Origin: a virus | Lineage: Duplodnaviria; Caudoviricetes | Virus record (IMG/VR): IMGVR_UViG_3300028797_000108 | Span: 64,001 to 128,000 of that record | Length of the DNA: 64,000 nucleotides | Direction: 5' to 3' (one strand) | In this document: in pieces, positions 1 to 10,190 of the stretch | How positions within the stretch are numbered: the stretch's first letter is position 1 | How the letters are laid out: every line of letters starts with the position of its first letter | The notes under the pieces: generated by a model | Databases searched by the model: none | The model's input: only the letters and a program-made list of their open reading frames with translations | What the model was told of the DNA's origin: nothing | Position numbers and translations under genes: made by a program

Positions 1-1284
1 ATCTACGGCAACTCTTTCATCTACTCACAAGAAAACGAATTGCCGACATCAGCGTTTGATAACACATTCATCAACTCTGATAGCAACATCCTTTATGCTC
101 ACGCGGCAAACAACATCTCCTTCATCAACTCGAACTTTAACGTCGTTCAGTCTGGGACGGAATCGGTATTCCATCAGTTCCCAGGCACAAACAATGTGAC
201 ATTCATGGAGACTGATAACTCTGTTGTCACACCGTGGTATTCAACTTACTACACCTCTAGCTACTCTGGAGACAAGGGAGTCAAGGGTCATAAGGGTAGA
301 GTTGTTTGGACACCGTATACCGTTGGTGGTCACTTGTCACAGCACTTCTTGCTTGACTCTGACTACTCATTCATCAACGGTCACAACAACGATGACTTCC
401 ACGGCACATACATTTCAACGCCGTCAGCAAAGCACGTGTTCAGTGAATACTCACAGCACGATCTTGAAATCGGTAATATGTATGGCTACACGAATAACAA
501 CAGTGGCAACCTAATTGCTATCGGTCGTGGCTTGACATATGTCAAGGGTCAGGGCGATAAGATCCTTCTTGGTCATTTCAACTTGAATGACAAGGATCCT
601 GACAATGTGCTCATTGTTGGTGACGGTTTCGTATCGGAAGATTATTTGAAGAAGATTAGCCACTTGCTTGATGGCTCAAATGACAATAACCGCTTCTTCA
701 ATGCCATCGGCTGTAAGGGCGAAGGCGAACGCGGCGATATGGTTAACTTCTATCGCCATAACTTGTTCACCGTCAACCGTAAGGGTTGGGTGGGTATCTC
801 TGATTATACACATCCTGAAAACTCTGCACGATATGGCTTTAGCGGTATCACGGCCTTCTGTAAGGGTGCAAGATATGACATCCCGTTCTCATCAGTGTAT
901 GCTAAGTTGAACGTCTATGACTCTATGAAGGAGTTCCAGAACGTCATTGACAGCTACACCGATAAGGTTCAGGCAATTAACAACACAATGCCTACTAACA
1001 AGAGCATTGTTATCAGCGCTGCCACAAACCTTGAAGAATACTTCAAGACTGATATTTCGGCTCTTAAGTCCAACTCAATAATCAACGTTACCTATCAGAC
1101 AACGGCAACAAAGGCTGACCCTGACTTTAGAACAACCGTTACATCATACCGTATGTATAGAAATGGCGATGGTCTAACAAAGACATACGACATTCGCAGA
1201 GTCTCTGCTTATAACTCTCTTCAGTATTTGTATCTGAGAGATACCAGCAACAACATGACTGGTTTCTTCAGTATAAATAATTAA
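1..1284 (+). CDS. Tail-fibre/virion structural protein, 5' truncated by window
   Basis: Frame open from base 1; beta-repeat N/S/F-rich segments, short collagen-like GDKGVKGHKG, fibre-head-like GHFN..VLIVGDG..RHNLFTV motif; paralogous to the next gene. Confidence 0.6.
   Translation: MYGNSFIYSQENELPTSAFDNTFINSDSNILYAHAANNISFINSNFNVVQSGTESVFHQFPGTNNVTFMETDNSVVTPWYSTYYTSSYSGDKGVKGHKGRVVWTPYTVGGHLSQHFLLDSDYSFINGHNNDDFHGTYISTPSAKHVFSEYSQHDLEIGNMYGYTNNNSGNLIAIGRGLTYVKGQGDKILLGHFNLNDKDPDNVLIVGDGFVSEDYLKKISHLLDGSNDNNRFFNAIGCKGEGERGDMVNFYRHNLFTVNRKGWVGISDYTHPENSARYGFSGITAFCKGARYDIPFSSVYAKLNVYDSMKEFQNVIDSYTDKVQAINNTMPTNKSIVISAATNLEEYFKTDISALKSNSIINVTYQTTATKADPDFRTTVTSYRMYRNGDGLTKTYDIRRVSAYNSLQYLYLRDTSNNMTGFFSINN
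1272..1279 (+). promoter_or_regulatory. T4-type late promoter TATAAATA
   Basis: Exact consensus about 20 nt before ATG 1299. Confidence 0.7.
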
Positions 1285-1298
1285 AGAAGAGTTATAAC

Positions 1299-4200
1299 AT
1301 GAAGATTATACATACATCAGATTTCAAAAACAACACTATCCTCGCTGAACGCGGTATCAAATGCGTGATCCGAGGATATGCTTTTGTCAATGACACAAAG
1401 AAGTGGCTTGAAAAGAAGTATGCTGATGCATACGCCTTTGAGGATATTACTCTTGAAGAATTGTGTGACAACTGTGTTCTTGTGACTGATGAAGACAAGC
1501 ACGACTCTGACATCCTAAACAACCTGTTTGATGTCACTTTTGAACCGTGCTTGGAATTGACGGTTCCTGAAACAACAGATGATAAAGGCACAGTCCTTGG
1601 TGGGGAAAAGTTTGGTACTTACAAGATTCGCATCAACTCAGCATTGAACAACAAGACAAGAAACGGTATCATGGGCACATACCGTGCTATCGTTCTAATC
1701 GGTGAAAAATACACCGAAGATAAGTGGCATGTTATCACACAGAAGAAATCCTACATCGCTATGTGGATTTGGTTCGGCGCAGGTGACAGCCCTTGCTTTG
1801 CTGAAAAGTCAAAAGGCTTGGTAATTACAAAGGACACTGCATTTACGATTAACGTGCAGTTCTCTTTGTCGCAGCTCGGTGAGCTTCCTTCTCCGGTTGA
1901 GCTTGATGAAGACTATGCCGAAATCATGAAGAACTCAAATCAGAAGGACCAGACTACAATTAAGTTGGACCTTCCAGGCGCATTCCTTGTTCCATCGGGC
2001 AAGGAATATAAGACTCGTGTTGAACTTGAAAACGGCAAGAAGATTGAAAACGAAGGCATTGCCTATATGGATAAGACGCTCAATCTTATCCCTAATACAT
2101 ACAAGAACAACAACATCTTCAATGTCACTCCGAGAGTGAACATCTTTGACGAACATGATGATAAGTTCGTCAAGCCTCAGTTGTTGCTTTCTTACGGTGG
2201 TAAGACATCGGGCGATATTTTCGCAGCTCAGAGCATCGGCTTTGAATATGATCCGAGCTATTTCAAGATGAATGAAAAGGCTCCTACTGCTGCGACAAGA
2301 ATTGACTTGTTCGGCGGAGCAACGAAGCGCGAAAACGCAAACTACGATGACTCTAAGTTTGACCAGACCTCTGGTTATATGCGTCTATTGTGTGACCGTG
2401 GCTATCACGAAATTGGTGAGAACGATTTGTTCATCAAGTCAAATGACAATACCGCTGGTATGTTTGACGGCTCAATGATTTTGAGCGAAGACAACAGAAT
2501 CGTAACCTCATCATACGACACTCATGTGATTGACTCACGCGGAACATCTGCATCTGCAATTTCCGGTGGTTTAATCATTGACTCTGAAAAGATTTTTGGA
2601 CAAGACCAATTTGGCTTGACAGCTATTGCTGCTCAGCGTGCTTCGGCATTCACAGCAACAAACGGCTATGATCCTGTCAGTGGTGATGTTTATCGTTGTC
2701 CTGATTGTGACGGCACAGGTAAGATTGGTACTGACCTGTATTTCGTTGTCATTGAATATAACGGATTTGCGTATGATTCCGTTGTTTATAAGGAAGATGA
2801 TACATTCCAGCACAGCGGTGACATCGGTCGTGAAATACCTACGAATTATCCTAACCCAAGAATAAATGTTTTGGCAGAAGAAGTTGCCAATGCTTTGAAC
2901 ACAGGCGACCCATACATTGACCCAGCATGGGGTTTCACAACGCTGGAAGACGCAGAAGCATTTGCGGCTGATGTAAGAGCTAACTGCTCATTCGCAGTAA
3001 GCAACCTCGCATTCGTCGTTAAGCTAGCGGCACAAGAATGCTCACGCTGTGGCGGCGATGGACACTTCGGTGCATACGGTCTCCCTGGCCGTTTGTCAAT
3101 GATGGGCTTGAACGTTTCATCAGTTGAGTTCAACGGCTACAACAACTTCTTCATTGGCCATAAGGGATTGCTTTCAAACTTCGGTCATGACGCCGTTGTA
3201 TTTGGTAATCATAACGCTTGCGGCAATAAAGAATATGAAATGTGTGAACACTGTGAAGGTACTGGCCGTATCCTATGTACTACATGTACTGGTGAAGATG
3301 GTAGACCTCGCGGTGTTGTCACCGGACATCCTACTGTCACTTGCTCTAGCTGTTATGGATTTGGCTATGTGAACTACTCAGCTGACATCTGCACTAACTG
3401 TAGCGGTAAGGGTTATTTGAATGATGACCCATCACAGGTTTGCCCAATATGTTTAGGTAAGAATTCTCATTCAGGTGTTAACCCTGATGATTGGGAAGGC
3501 TTCTACACATGCCAAGATTATGTTTCGGCAAATGACGCTATTTACGAATGCCGACTTTGCTCAGGTAAGAAGGAAATTATTGACACATCAACCACCGCAT
3601 GGCTGCCTTGTCCTGATTGTTCAGGCTATGGTCAAATGATTGACCCTGACTGTGGTGGCTTGGGCTACATTGAAAGCTATGAACATGCACCGAGATACTC
3701 TGCATGCCCTACTTGCCATGAAACATTGATGACATGTACCGCATGTAGCGGTCAGGGCTACACCGGCGATGATCCGACAATTCCTTGTGAATTGTGTGGC
3801 GGTGACAAACAAGTTTGCTCAACCTGTTCAGGAACAGGCGGATATGAATGCCCTGAATGCCACGGCACACAAATTGTTGAATGTCCTGAATGTGTGGTAC
3901 ATGCTCAAACTGCGCTGTGCCCTCTATGTAGCGGCTTGCTTGTTGAACCCGATCCTGCATCATTGTCTGATGATGGTAATATCTCATGGGCAAGCACTGA
4001 TAATAGAGAAAAGATTCTTGCATGGCTACCTACATGTAGTGGTATGGGTGACCGCGATAGTGCCAGCGGTGCATTCTCAGCATCTATCGGACTTAAGATT
4101 TATGCATCATTGGTGAAAAACCCATGTACTGCATGTGAAGGTACTGGTATTGATGAAAACACTTGCTACGGTGAATTTTATGAAGTATACACCGATGAAG

Positions 4201-6242
4201 ATGGTGAACACAACGATCTGATTGGCTTCACAAAGCAAACTGAAAGAGCACCAACTTGGGTACCTAACTTTGAAGACGCTACCATTTACACTAGCAAGCA
4301 AACCTGTTCAGCACAAACATCATATGTATATCCTTATGCACCTCACGGCGGACGCATAACAAAAACACTTGTTTCTATACCTAAGGTTTGTGAACACTGT
4401 GGTGGCGGTGGTGGCTATGATGAAACAAATCACACGGTTGATAAGAGAATCATTTGTCCTTGCTGTAATAAGCTCTTCACTTATACCACAAGCTCACGTC
4501 CTGACGTATATAAAGTTGGTCCAACAACTGCACATTCAGTAGACGGAACTTACACATATTCGGCAATGTATCGTGATATGTTAAGCTTGGCGAATAACAG
4601 ATACTGCGGAACTCCGGGTTACTATTATAAAGTTAAGCCAAATGTTGGTTATCATGAATGCGACCTATGTCATGGTACTCAGGTACTTACATGGGATCAG
4701 GCTCGTGAACTAGAAGGCTGGGACGAAGAAATGATGAAGAACGTAATTGGTTCTCGTCCTGAAAGCCCATTATATCACATGATACTTGTTGGCGAAGACT
4801 GGTATTCAGTTACTGGTGGTAAAGCTGACGGCATGATTTGTCCTAAGTGCATGAACATGAAACCGCTTAAGAGCGAAGTTGACTATCAAACTAGCCATAG
4901 CTATAATTCTACACTAACCGATTGGTATCGTGCATTCTCAGGCATTAACATGCATGATACATTCTCGCATGAAAACATGCAGGACTTTGAAAGCAACATT
5001 GAACTTGATGGTATTGTCAATTTAGACGGTGGTTATACCGCAGCTTGCGATGCATGTAACTATAGAGGTACTCAGCCTTATACAAAATGGGGTCAGATTA
5101 AGTGTCCTACTTGCGTAGAAGGCATTGTTCCTTGTGATGCTTGTGACGGCGTAAAACATTGGCTATGTCCAACATGTTCCGGCGAAGGAAAGGTCAAGTA
5201 TCGCCCAATCGTTGCATACGAAGACGGCGGTGTTGTTAAGGTCGGTGATGGCTACTTCTATAAGAACCTGATGTCAAATCAGCAGGCATTTAACTTGTAT
5301 GACGATTACATCAACATCAAACCTGAAAACAACTGTGACCTAGACATTGGTCAGTACTTGAAGCGTATGAACGTATTCTCTGTTGAGAATCACGGTATGC
5401 TCTTAACACATAACAACAACTACGATGAAATCCCTGACTCAAATGTGACACACCGCGAGGCAGTTGACTTCTTCGCAGTTCGTAATTGGGCTAAGTATGA
5501 TTCGTTGTCAGAACGCTTTGCTAACCTGCAGAATGGTTGCTATTCACCTGACACAATCTACTTCACGAAGCGCACCGCTCATAACGAACAGTGGAAGCTC
5601 CGTATCCGTGAACTTGACTACTTGATACACGACAACTACATCAAGACTAACGCAAGCATGTTGAAGACAGCAGCATTGAATAAGGCTATCTCTGACTTCT
5701 ACAAGAAGAACACATCATTCTTGCTAACGCTTGGTCCTATCATCACCTACCGTTGGGACTACATCAAGGGTTCAAAGGGTGCTAAGGGAACCAAGGGTTG
5801 GAAGGGTCGTAAAGGTATCAAGGGAGTTACCCTAGGTCTTAAGGGTAAGAAGGGACTTGCCGGTCTTAAGGGTCTCAAGGGAACTAAGGGCTATAAGGGA
5901 ATGGAATTGAAAATTCTCGATATGCGCTACAAGTTCTACATTGAAGATATCTTGAAGGCAACACAGGCTGAATTTGGAAGATACATTTCAAATAACGGCA
6001 ACCTTGGTAAGAACCCGAACACTTATACCTTCTACTGCGTAAACGGTGACCCGAAGGAAAACCTATACTTCAAGGGCGTTCGTCTCCGTAAGATGTCAAA
6101 CGGTAACTACCAGACCTTGAACGCTGTCAAGGGTATCCGCCCGGCAGAAGTTCAACGCATCCTTTATAAGGATAATGGTTACTACGGTGAATACGGTGTA
6201 ATGAACTTCAACTACGCTTACAATAATAAGTTCCTAACCTAA
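1299..6242 (+). CDS. 1647-aa fibre-like protein with about 25 DnaJ-type CxxC(xGxG) Zn-finger motifs and a Lys-rich collagen-like repeat
   Basis: CPDCDGTG, CEHCEGTG, CTNCSGKG, CPTCSGEG etc.; about 15 (GxK) triplets near the C-terminus; late promoter. Confidence 0.75.
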   Translation: MKIIHTSDFKNNTILAERGIKCVIRGYAFVNDTKKWLEKKYADAYAFEDITLEELCDNCVLVTDEDKHDSDILNNLFDVTFEPCLELTVPETTDDKGTVLGGEKFGTYKIRINSALNNKTRNGIMGTYRAIVLIGEKYTEDKWHVITQKKSYIAMWIWFGAGDSPCFAEKSKGLVITKDTAFTINVQFSLSQLGELPSPVELDEDYAEIMKNSNQKDQTTIKLDLPGAFLVPSGKEYKTRVELENGKKIENEGIAYMDKTLNLIPNTYKNNNIFNVTPRVNIFDEHDDKFVKPQLLLSYGGKTSGDIFAAQSIGFEYDPSYFKMNEKAPTAATRIDLFGGATKRENANYDDSKFDQTSGYMRLLCDRGYHEIGENDLFIKSNDNTAGMFDGSMILSEDNRIVTSSYDTHVIDSRGTSASAISGGLIIDSEKIFGQDQFGLTAIAAQRASAFTATNGYDPVSGDVYRCPDCDGTGKIGTDLYFVVIEYNGFAYDSVVYKEDDTFQHSGDIGREIPTNYPNPRINVLAEEVANALNTGDPYIDPAWGFTTLEDAEAFAADVRANCSFAVSNLAFVVKLAAQECSRCGGDGHFGAYGLPGRLSMMGLNVSSVEFNGYNNFFIGHKGLLSNFGHDAVVFGNHNACGNKEYEMCEHCEGTGRILCTTCTGEDGRPRGVVTGHPTVTCSSCYGFGYVNYSADICTNCSGKGYLNDDPSQVCPICLGKNSHSGVNPDDWEGFYTCQDYVSANDAIYECRLCSGKKEIIDTSTTAWLPCPDCSGYGQMIDPDCGGLGYIESYEHAPRYSACPTCHETLMTCTACSGQGYTGDDPTIPCELCGGDKQVCSTCSGTGGYECPECHGTQIVECPECVVHAQTALCPLCSGLLVEPDPASLSDDGNISWASTDNREKILAWLPTCSGMGDRDSASGAFSASIGLKIYASLVKNPCTACEGTGIDENTCYGEFYEVYTDEDGEHNDLIGFTKQTERAPTWVPNFEDATIYTSKQTCSAQTSYVYPYAPHGGRITKTLVSIPKVCEHCGGGGGYDETNHTVDKRIICPCCNKLFTYTTSSRPDVYKVGPTTAHSVDGTYTYSAMYRDMLSLANNRYCGTPGYYYKVKPNVGYHECDLCHGTQVLTWDQARELEGWDEEMMKNVIGSRPESPLYHMILVGEDWYSVTGGKADGMICPKCMNMKPLKSEVDYQTSHSYNSTLTDWYRAFSGINMHDTFSHENMQDFESNIELDGIVNLDGGYTAACDACNYRGTQPYTKWGQIKCPTCVEGIVPCDACDGVKHWLCPTCSGEGKVKYRPIVAYEDGGVVKVGDGYFYKNLMSNQQAFNLYDDYINIKPENNCDLDIGQYLKRMNVFSVENHGMLLTHNNNYDEIPDSNVTHREAVDFFAVRNWAKYDSLSERFANLQNGCYSPDTIYFTKRTAHNEQWKLRIRELDYLIHDNYIKTNASMLKTAALNKAISDFYKKNTSFLLTLGPIITYRWDYIKGSKGAKGTKGWKGRKGIKGVTLGLKGKKGLAGLKGLKGTKGYKGMELKILDMRYKFYIEDILKATQAEFGRYISNNGNLGKNPNTYTFYCVNGDPKENLYFKGVRLRKMSNGNYQTLNAVKGIRPAEVQRILYKDNGYYGEYGVMNFNYAYNNKFLT

Positions 6243-6256
6243 TTCCTTCTCAGCCA

Positions 6257-6264
6257 TATAAATA
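6257..6264 (+). promoter_or_regulatory. T4-type late promoter TATAAATA
   Basis: Exact consensus before ATG 6273. Confidence 0.7.
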
Positions 6265-6272
6265 CAATAAGT

Positions 6273-7208
6273 ATGGCTGAGATTTTTATTAAGAACGATG
6301 ATGGCGAAATGAAAAAGGTCGGCAACGCTTCTGCCGACCAGTTTTCGCGCATACAGAATGACACTAACATCGGTGACATTAAGAAAGAGCTTGATGATTA
6401 CTGGACCGAAGAAAAGCTTGGTAAGCACACCGACTTAAAGTCAAAGCACGGCACAATCCTTATGAAGGACTTGAAGGTGCCTGCGTCGGATTTCTTTGAA
6501 CAGGTAAAAGAAAATCATTTCAAGTTTCAGGACTTTGGACCGATCTCTCTAGGTTCATTCTTAAAGAAAGCAAAGATTGATTTGTATGTGCAGCCTTCTT
6601 ATGTTGAGGACTGCTTGAAGGTGACTACTCCACGCCCTGCTATTGGACGAGGGGAATTCTTGTTTGTTGCTACATTCAACAACATACGCTTCTCAGCAGG
6701 GAAGGGTGACTTGGTTGACTCTGATGGCAACCGTATAGAAGTTAAGGGCAAGCATGCCAACTTCGGTTCAGAAGGACCATACAAGCAAATGAACCAATCA
6801 TTGATGTATGGCATCTATTCGCAGTTTGGAACAAACACAGAAGCAAAGGACCTAACCCTTGAAACAATGGAAGAACTCCAGAATTTGTTGCTGAAGAACC
6901 CACAAAAGGTGGCGAAGGTTATGGCACTGCTTCAAAATCTCAAAAACCCTAGCGCAAGTCTTACTAATCAAATGGTCGAGTTGTTTAACAATACCCACGA
7001 CCTCAAGCTTGTAATAGCGGCTACACACTTTTTGACATATATGAAAGTTCAAAAGGCAAACTTCCTTTTGGCTATCAATGACAAGGTATTCTGGGGTTTC
7101 AAGGCACCAGCCGGTCTTTCACAGGCTGCTGAAATCATGAAGAATTTCAACATCAACGGCTGGATGACAGGCAACAAAGGTATTTCATTTACGGTAAAGA
7201 ATGGCTAA
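6273..7208 (+). CDS. Hypothetical protein with PD-(D/E)xK nuclease-like motif
   Basis: IGRGE...GKGDLVDSDGNRIEVKG. Confidence 0.5.
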   Translation: MAEIFIKNDDGEMKKVGNASADQFSRIQNDTNIGDIKKELDDYWTEEKLGKHTDLKSKHGTILMKDLKVPASDFFEQVKENHFKFQDFGPISLGSFLKKAKIDLYVQPSYVEDCLKVTTPRPAIGRGEFLFVATFNNIRFSAGKGDLVDSDGNRIEVKGKHANFGSEGPYKQMNQSLMYGIYSQFGTNTEAKDLTLETMEELQNLLLKNPQKVAKVMALLQNLKNPSASLTNQMVELFNNTHDLKLVIAATHFLTYMKVQKANFLLAINDKVFWGFKAPAGLSQAAEIMKNFNINGWMTGNKGISFTVKNG

Positions 7209-8595
7209 GGAAGGACAAACAATAGTTGGCGGTGGCAATACTGGAGGTTCATATGTTGACCTTCAGGTTTGGATTGGCGACCCTAAAGATGCTACGAAAG
7301 GCATTACTATTGAGAATGAAGCCATTGACTCAATAGACATTACAGAGAACTTGTTTACAACCCTGCCAACCATTAACATGGTCCTGACAGACTCAGGCCG
7401 TTTCTTCTTCCGTTATAATGTTCGCATCGGCGATACATTGAATGTGCGTATGGCTCCGGCTGCTACATTGAAGGAAGAGGAAGACCAAGTCGCAGCTCCG
7501 TATGTCTCTGCATCATTCACAGTTCAGTCAGTGACTGATGTGCCTGACCACCGCAATAACCTTTACATTCACAGAATTACAGGCGTGTATGCTGCTGTAG
7601 GGTTCATCAATAAGATTATCCAGTACCCGCAGGATACGAACATTCTAAACCCTGTCCCACTCAAGAAAGCATCGTGGGAAGCAATGAAAGATGTATGTGC
7701 TCAAGCAGGCATTGGCTTTGTCAATGATGTTGCTACTGCTGACTATTCATTCTGGCTTAATGCCAATGAAACGGCTGCTGACTTCTGCGAACGAATTCTG
7801 CAGCATGTATGGATAACTGATGATGACGCTCCAGTGTTCTATACAGATGTTAAAGGCACTGCGCATTTGTCTTCAGTCAAGACTATCGTAGACAACAAGA
7901 CATTGATACAGTTTGCAGATATGCAAGCAACTGTGAATGGTGAAGACGCTGACACTGTGCCGACGATTACGATTGCCGATGTATTCTGTTTGAATGCCGG
8001 CGGTCCTATCTCGAACATGGGCGGCTATAAGGTTCAAACAAGTTTCTATACTCCGAAGAATAACCGTTCTTCGCAGACAATGTTTGAGTTCCCGCAACAC
8101 GGACAAGGAATGCTTGGTGCTGCTCTCGGCGCTGTTGCATCTGTATTCGGCGCAGGCACAAAGGATAGAACTGAAGCATATCGTGAAAAGGAATATCAGC
8201 GTAAAGATCCTTACCTTGGCGGTATCTCGAACAAGCAACAGTCTGAAATTGACAATGTGACAATTCATAAAGATGGCGGCATGCACTTTGATGAGTTGCA
8301 TGATCATTATGAAGTCGCGCCATCTCACAATGAAATGATTCGTCGCTCATTCTTCCAGAACTTTGTTCGCATTATGGTTGATACTTCAAAGCAAGGCAAC
8401 CTTTATGAAAAGGAGTCACATCGTCCTGTGCTTGGCACATCAGTCAAATGTGACTTCTCAAGCAGCGAAAGAATTGATTCTATTCACTCCGGTGAGTATG
8501 CCATCGCAGAGATTACTCACAAGTACTCAAGGGGTGAACCGTATACACAAGCCATTACATTGGTTAATGATGGCTATTTTGATGTAGGTGAATAA
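7201..8595 (+). CDS. Baseplate hub protein (gp27/contractile-tail hub-like)
   Basis: IDSIDITENLF..P.INMVLTDSG start, C-terminal SGEYAIAEITHKY; lies directly upstream of the gp5-like spike. Confidence 0.65.
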   Translation: MAKEGQTIVGGGNTGGSYVDLQVWIGDPKDATKGITIENEAIDSIDITENLFTTLPTINMVLTDSGRFFFRYNVRIGDTLNVRMAPAATLKEEEDQVAAPYVSASFTVQSVTDVPDHRNNLYIHRITGVYAAVGFINKIIQYPQDTNILNPVPLKKASWEAMKDVCAQAGIGFVNDVATADYSFWLNANETAADFCERILQHVWITDDDAPVFYTDVKGTAHLSSVKTIVDNKTLIQFADMQATVNGEDADTVPTITIADVFCLNAGGPISNMGGYKVQTSFYTPKNNRSSQTMFEFPQHGQGMLGAALGAVASVFGAGTKDRTEAYREKEYQRKDPYLGGISNKQQSEIDNVTIHKDGGMHFDELHDHYEVAPSHNEMIRRSFFQNFVRIMVDTSKQGNLYEKESHRPVLGTSVKCDFSSSERIDSIHSGEYAIAEITHKYSRGEPYTQAITLVNDGYFDVGE

Positions 8596-9344
8596 TGGTT
8601 AGTGATATTGAACAGTACCGTAAGATTCTTGAAGGTGACAGCAAGGCTGTTGTCAAGGACATGATACAGACGCCGAAGACTGTTCCGCAAAATGAGCGTT
8701 GGACAGGTAAGGTGGTTGACACGGCTGACCCAGACCGTTTAGGCCGAGTTCGTATTAAGATCATCGGTTATTATGACAACATTGAAGATAAGCAGCTACC
8801 TTGGGCTATCCCTGACATTGCATGGCTTGGCGGCAAATGCGGGTCACAGATCATTCCTGAAGTTGACTCGATGGTTCGTGGCTACTTTGACCAAGGCGAT
8901 GTGCAGCGTCCCGTATATGACTCGCTAGCATTCAACCAATACAACAGCGAAAGCGATTATACCTCAAGACAGAACCGTGCTGACTATCCGCACATGATGG
9001 TGCTGATGGAGACTGACCAAGGCGACTTCTTGACGCTGAACCGTAAGGATGGCAACTTGTGCTTTACACACCGCACCGGCGCCACAACCGTTATTGACAA
9101 GAACGGCAACATCTCAATCAAGACAGGCACTAACATGAAGTCATGGCTTGATGTGACTGTAAACGGTGACTGCAACATCAATGTTAGCGGTAATGCAAAT
9201 GTTTACGCAACGCAGAATGTGACTGTTGATGCAGGCATGTTCGTTGACCTTGGCAACAATCCAGCAAAGCAATTCGTAAACAACTTGACGAATTGCCCAA
9301 TCTGCGGGATTTTACATAGCACTCAGCAAAAAGTTAGAGCCTAA
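8595..9344 (+). CDS. gp5: Baseplate central spike, T4 gp5 N-terminal OB-fold-like, no lysozyme domain
   Basis: WTGKVVDTADPDRLGRVRIKIIGYY...LPWAIP, then beta-helix repeats. Confidence 0.8.
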   Translation: MVSDIEQYRKILEGDSKAVVKDMIQTPKTVPQNERWTGKVVDTADPDRLGRVRIKIIGYYDNIEDKQLPWAIPDIAWLGGKCGSQIIPEVDSMVRGYFDQGDVQRPVYDSLAFNQYNSESDYTSRQNRADYPHMMVLMETDQGDFLTLNRKDGNLCFTHRTGATTVIDKNGNISIKTGTNMKSWLDVTVNGDCNINVSGNANVYATQNVTVDAGMFVDLGNNPAKQFVNNLTNCPICGILHSTQQKVRA

Positions 9345-9400
9345 TAATATCATAAGGACAGGCAAAATATAAAAACAGTATTAGGATAAATATAATTGGT

Positions 9401-10006
9401 ATGCCTCTAGTCAAAGCAAACAATTATTTCAACACGAAGTCAATAAAGCTCAGCGATAGCTTTATCGTTCGCTTGGACGGTAAAGAATGTTTTCGCTGTG
9501 CGTCTTTCACTGTTCCTAAAGTTGCTGAATGGACTGAAGAAGAATACAGCTATGGCAATGTTTCGCAGAAGTTCTTGATACCGAAGATTGATATTCAGCA
9601 GGAACTACAGCTTGAACTTTATGAAGGCTATGTTGCAGATGGTAAAGAGCGTGAAGCACACTTGATGACAAAGGAAGCACTGTTTAACCAAAATCCCGAT
9701 GGACAATCATTGGGCAAAGGGTTTACATCTAATCAGAATTTCTCAACAGACGGCTACACGGCGCTTAACGGCACATACAATGTTGATAAGCACGACTACA
9801 CTAACATTGACATTTTCATTCTTGATAACCGTCTTGCTAAGGTTGTGTATGAATACCACTTCCATAACCTGAAGTTGACAAAGGCTGAACCTTATGAACT
9901 TAGCTATCAGGACGAAGCACTGACGAAGTGGAGTTTGGGATTTGTGTTTGAGTCAATGGAAAAGGGCGTGCCCGAAAGCGGACCTTATTCAGTAAACAAG
10001 TTATAA
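9401..10006 (+). CDS. Tail tube-like protein (gp19/gp54 fold)
   Basis: F.V...FRCASFTVP...YSYGN...ILDN...YEYHF.N....ELSY....KWSLGFVFE pattern. Confidence 0.6.
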   Translation: MPLVKANNYFNTKSIKLSDSFIVRLDGKECFRCASFTVPKVAEWTEEEYSYGNVSQKFLIPKIDIQQELQLELYEGYVADGKEREAHLMTKEALFNQNPDGQSLGKGFTSNQNFSTDGYTALNGTYNVDKHDYTNIDIFILDNRLAKVVYEYHFHNLKLTKAEPYELSYQDEALTKWSLGFVFESMEKGVPESGPYSVNKL

Positions 10007-10007
10007 A

Positions 10008-10190
10008 ATGGCATTAGCAGTTAAACAATTCTTTGACTTCAGACCTCACCTACCTTTCAGGTTTGAGGTTGAGATATTCGGTGCGGGAGACGCCCTTACC
10101 GAAACGCTGAAGTATTCTGTGCAGTCAGTTAAGATCTCAGGCACTGAATGCGATACATCAAAGGCTGCTTTGTATTTGGGTAATGGCTAA
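10008..10190 (+). CDS. N-terminal part of a second tail-tube-like protein (apparently frameshifted into 10183)
   Basis: RPHLPFRFEVEI...YSVQSVKISG...YLGNG then TAA. Confidence 0.5.
   Translation: MALAVKQFFDFRPHLPFRFEVEIFGAGDALTETLKYSVQSVKISGTECDTSKAALYLGNG

Noticed and set aside
1299-6242. DnaJ chaperone or multiheme cytochrome
   Set aside because: No J-domain; only a few CxxCH among many CxxC motifs; no signal peptide
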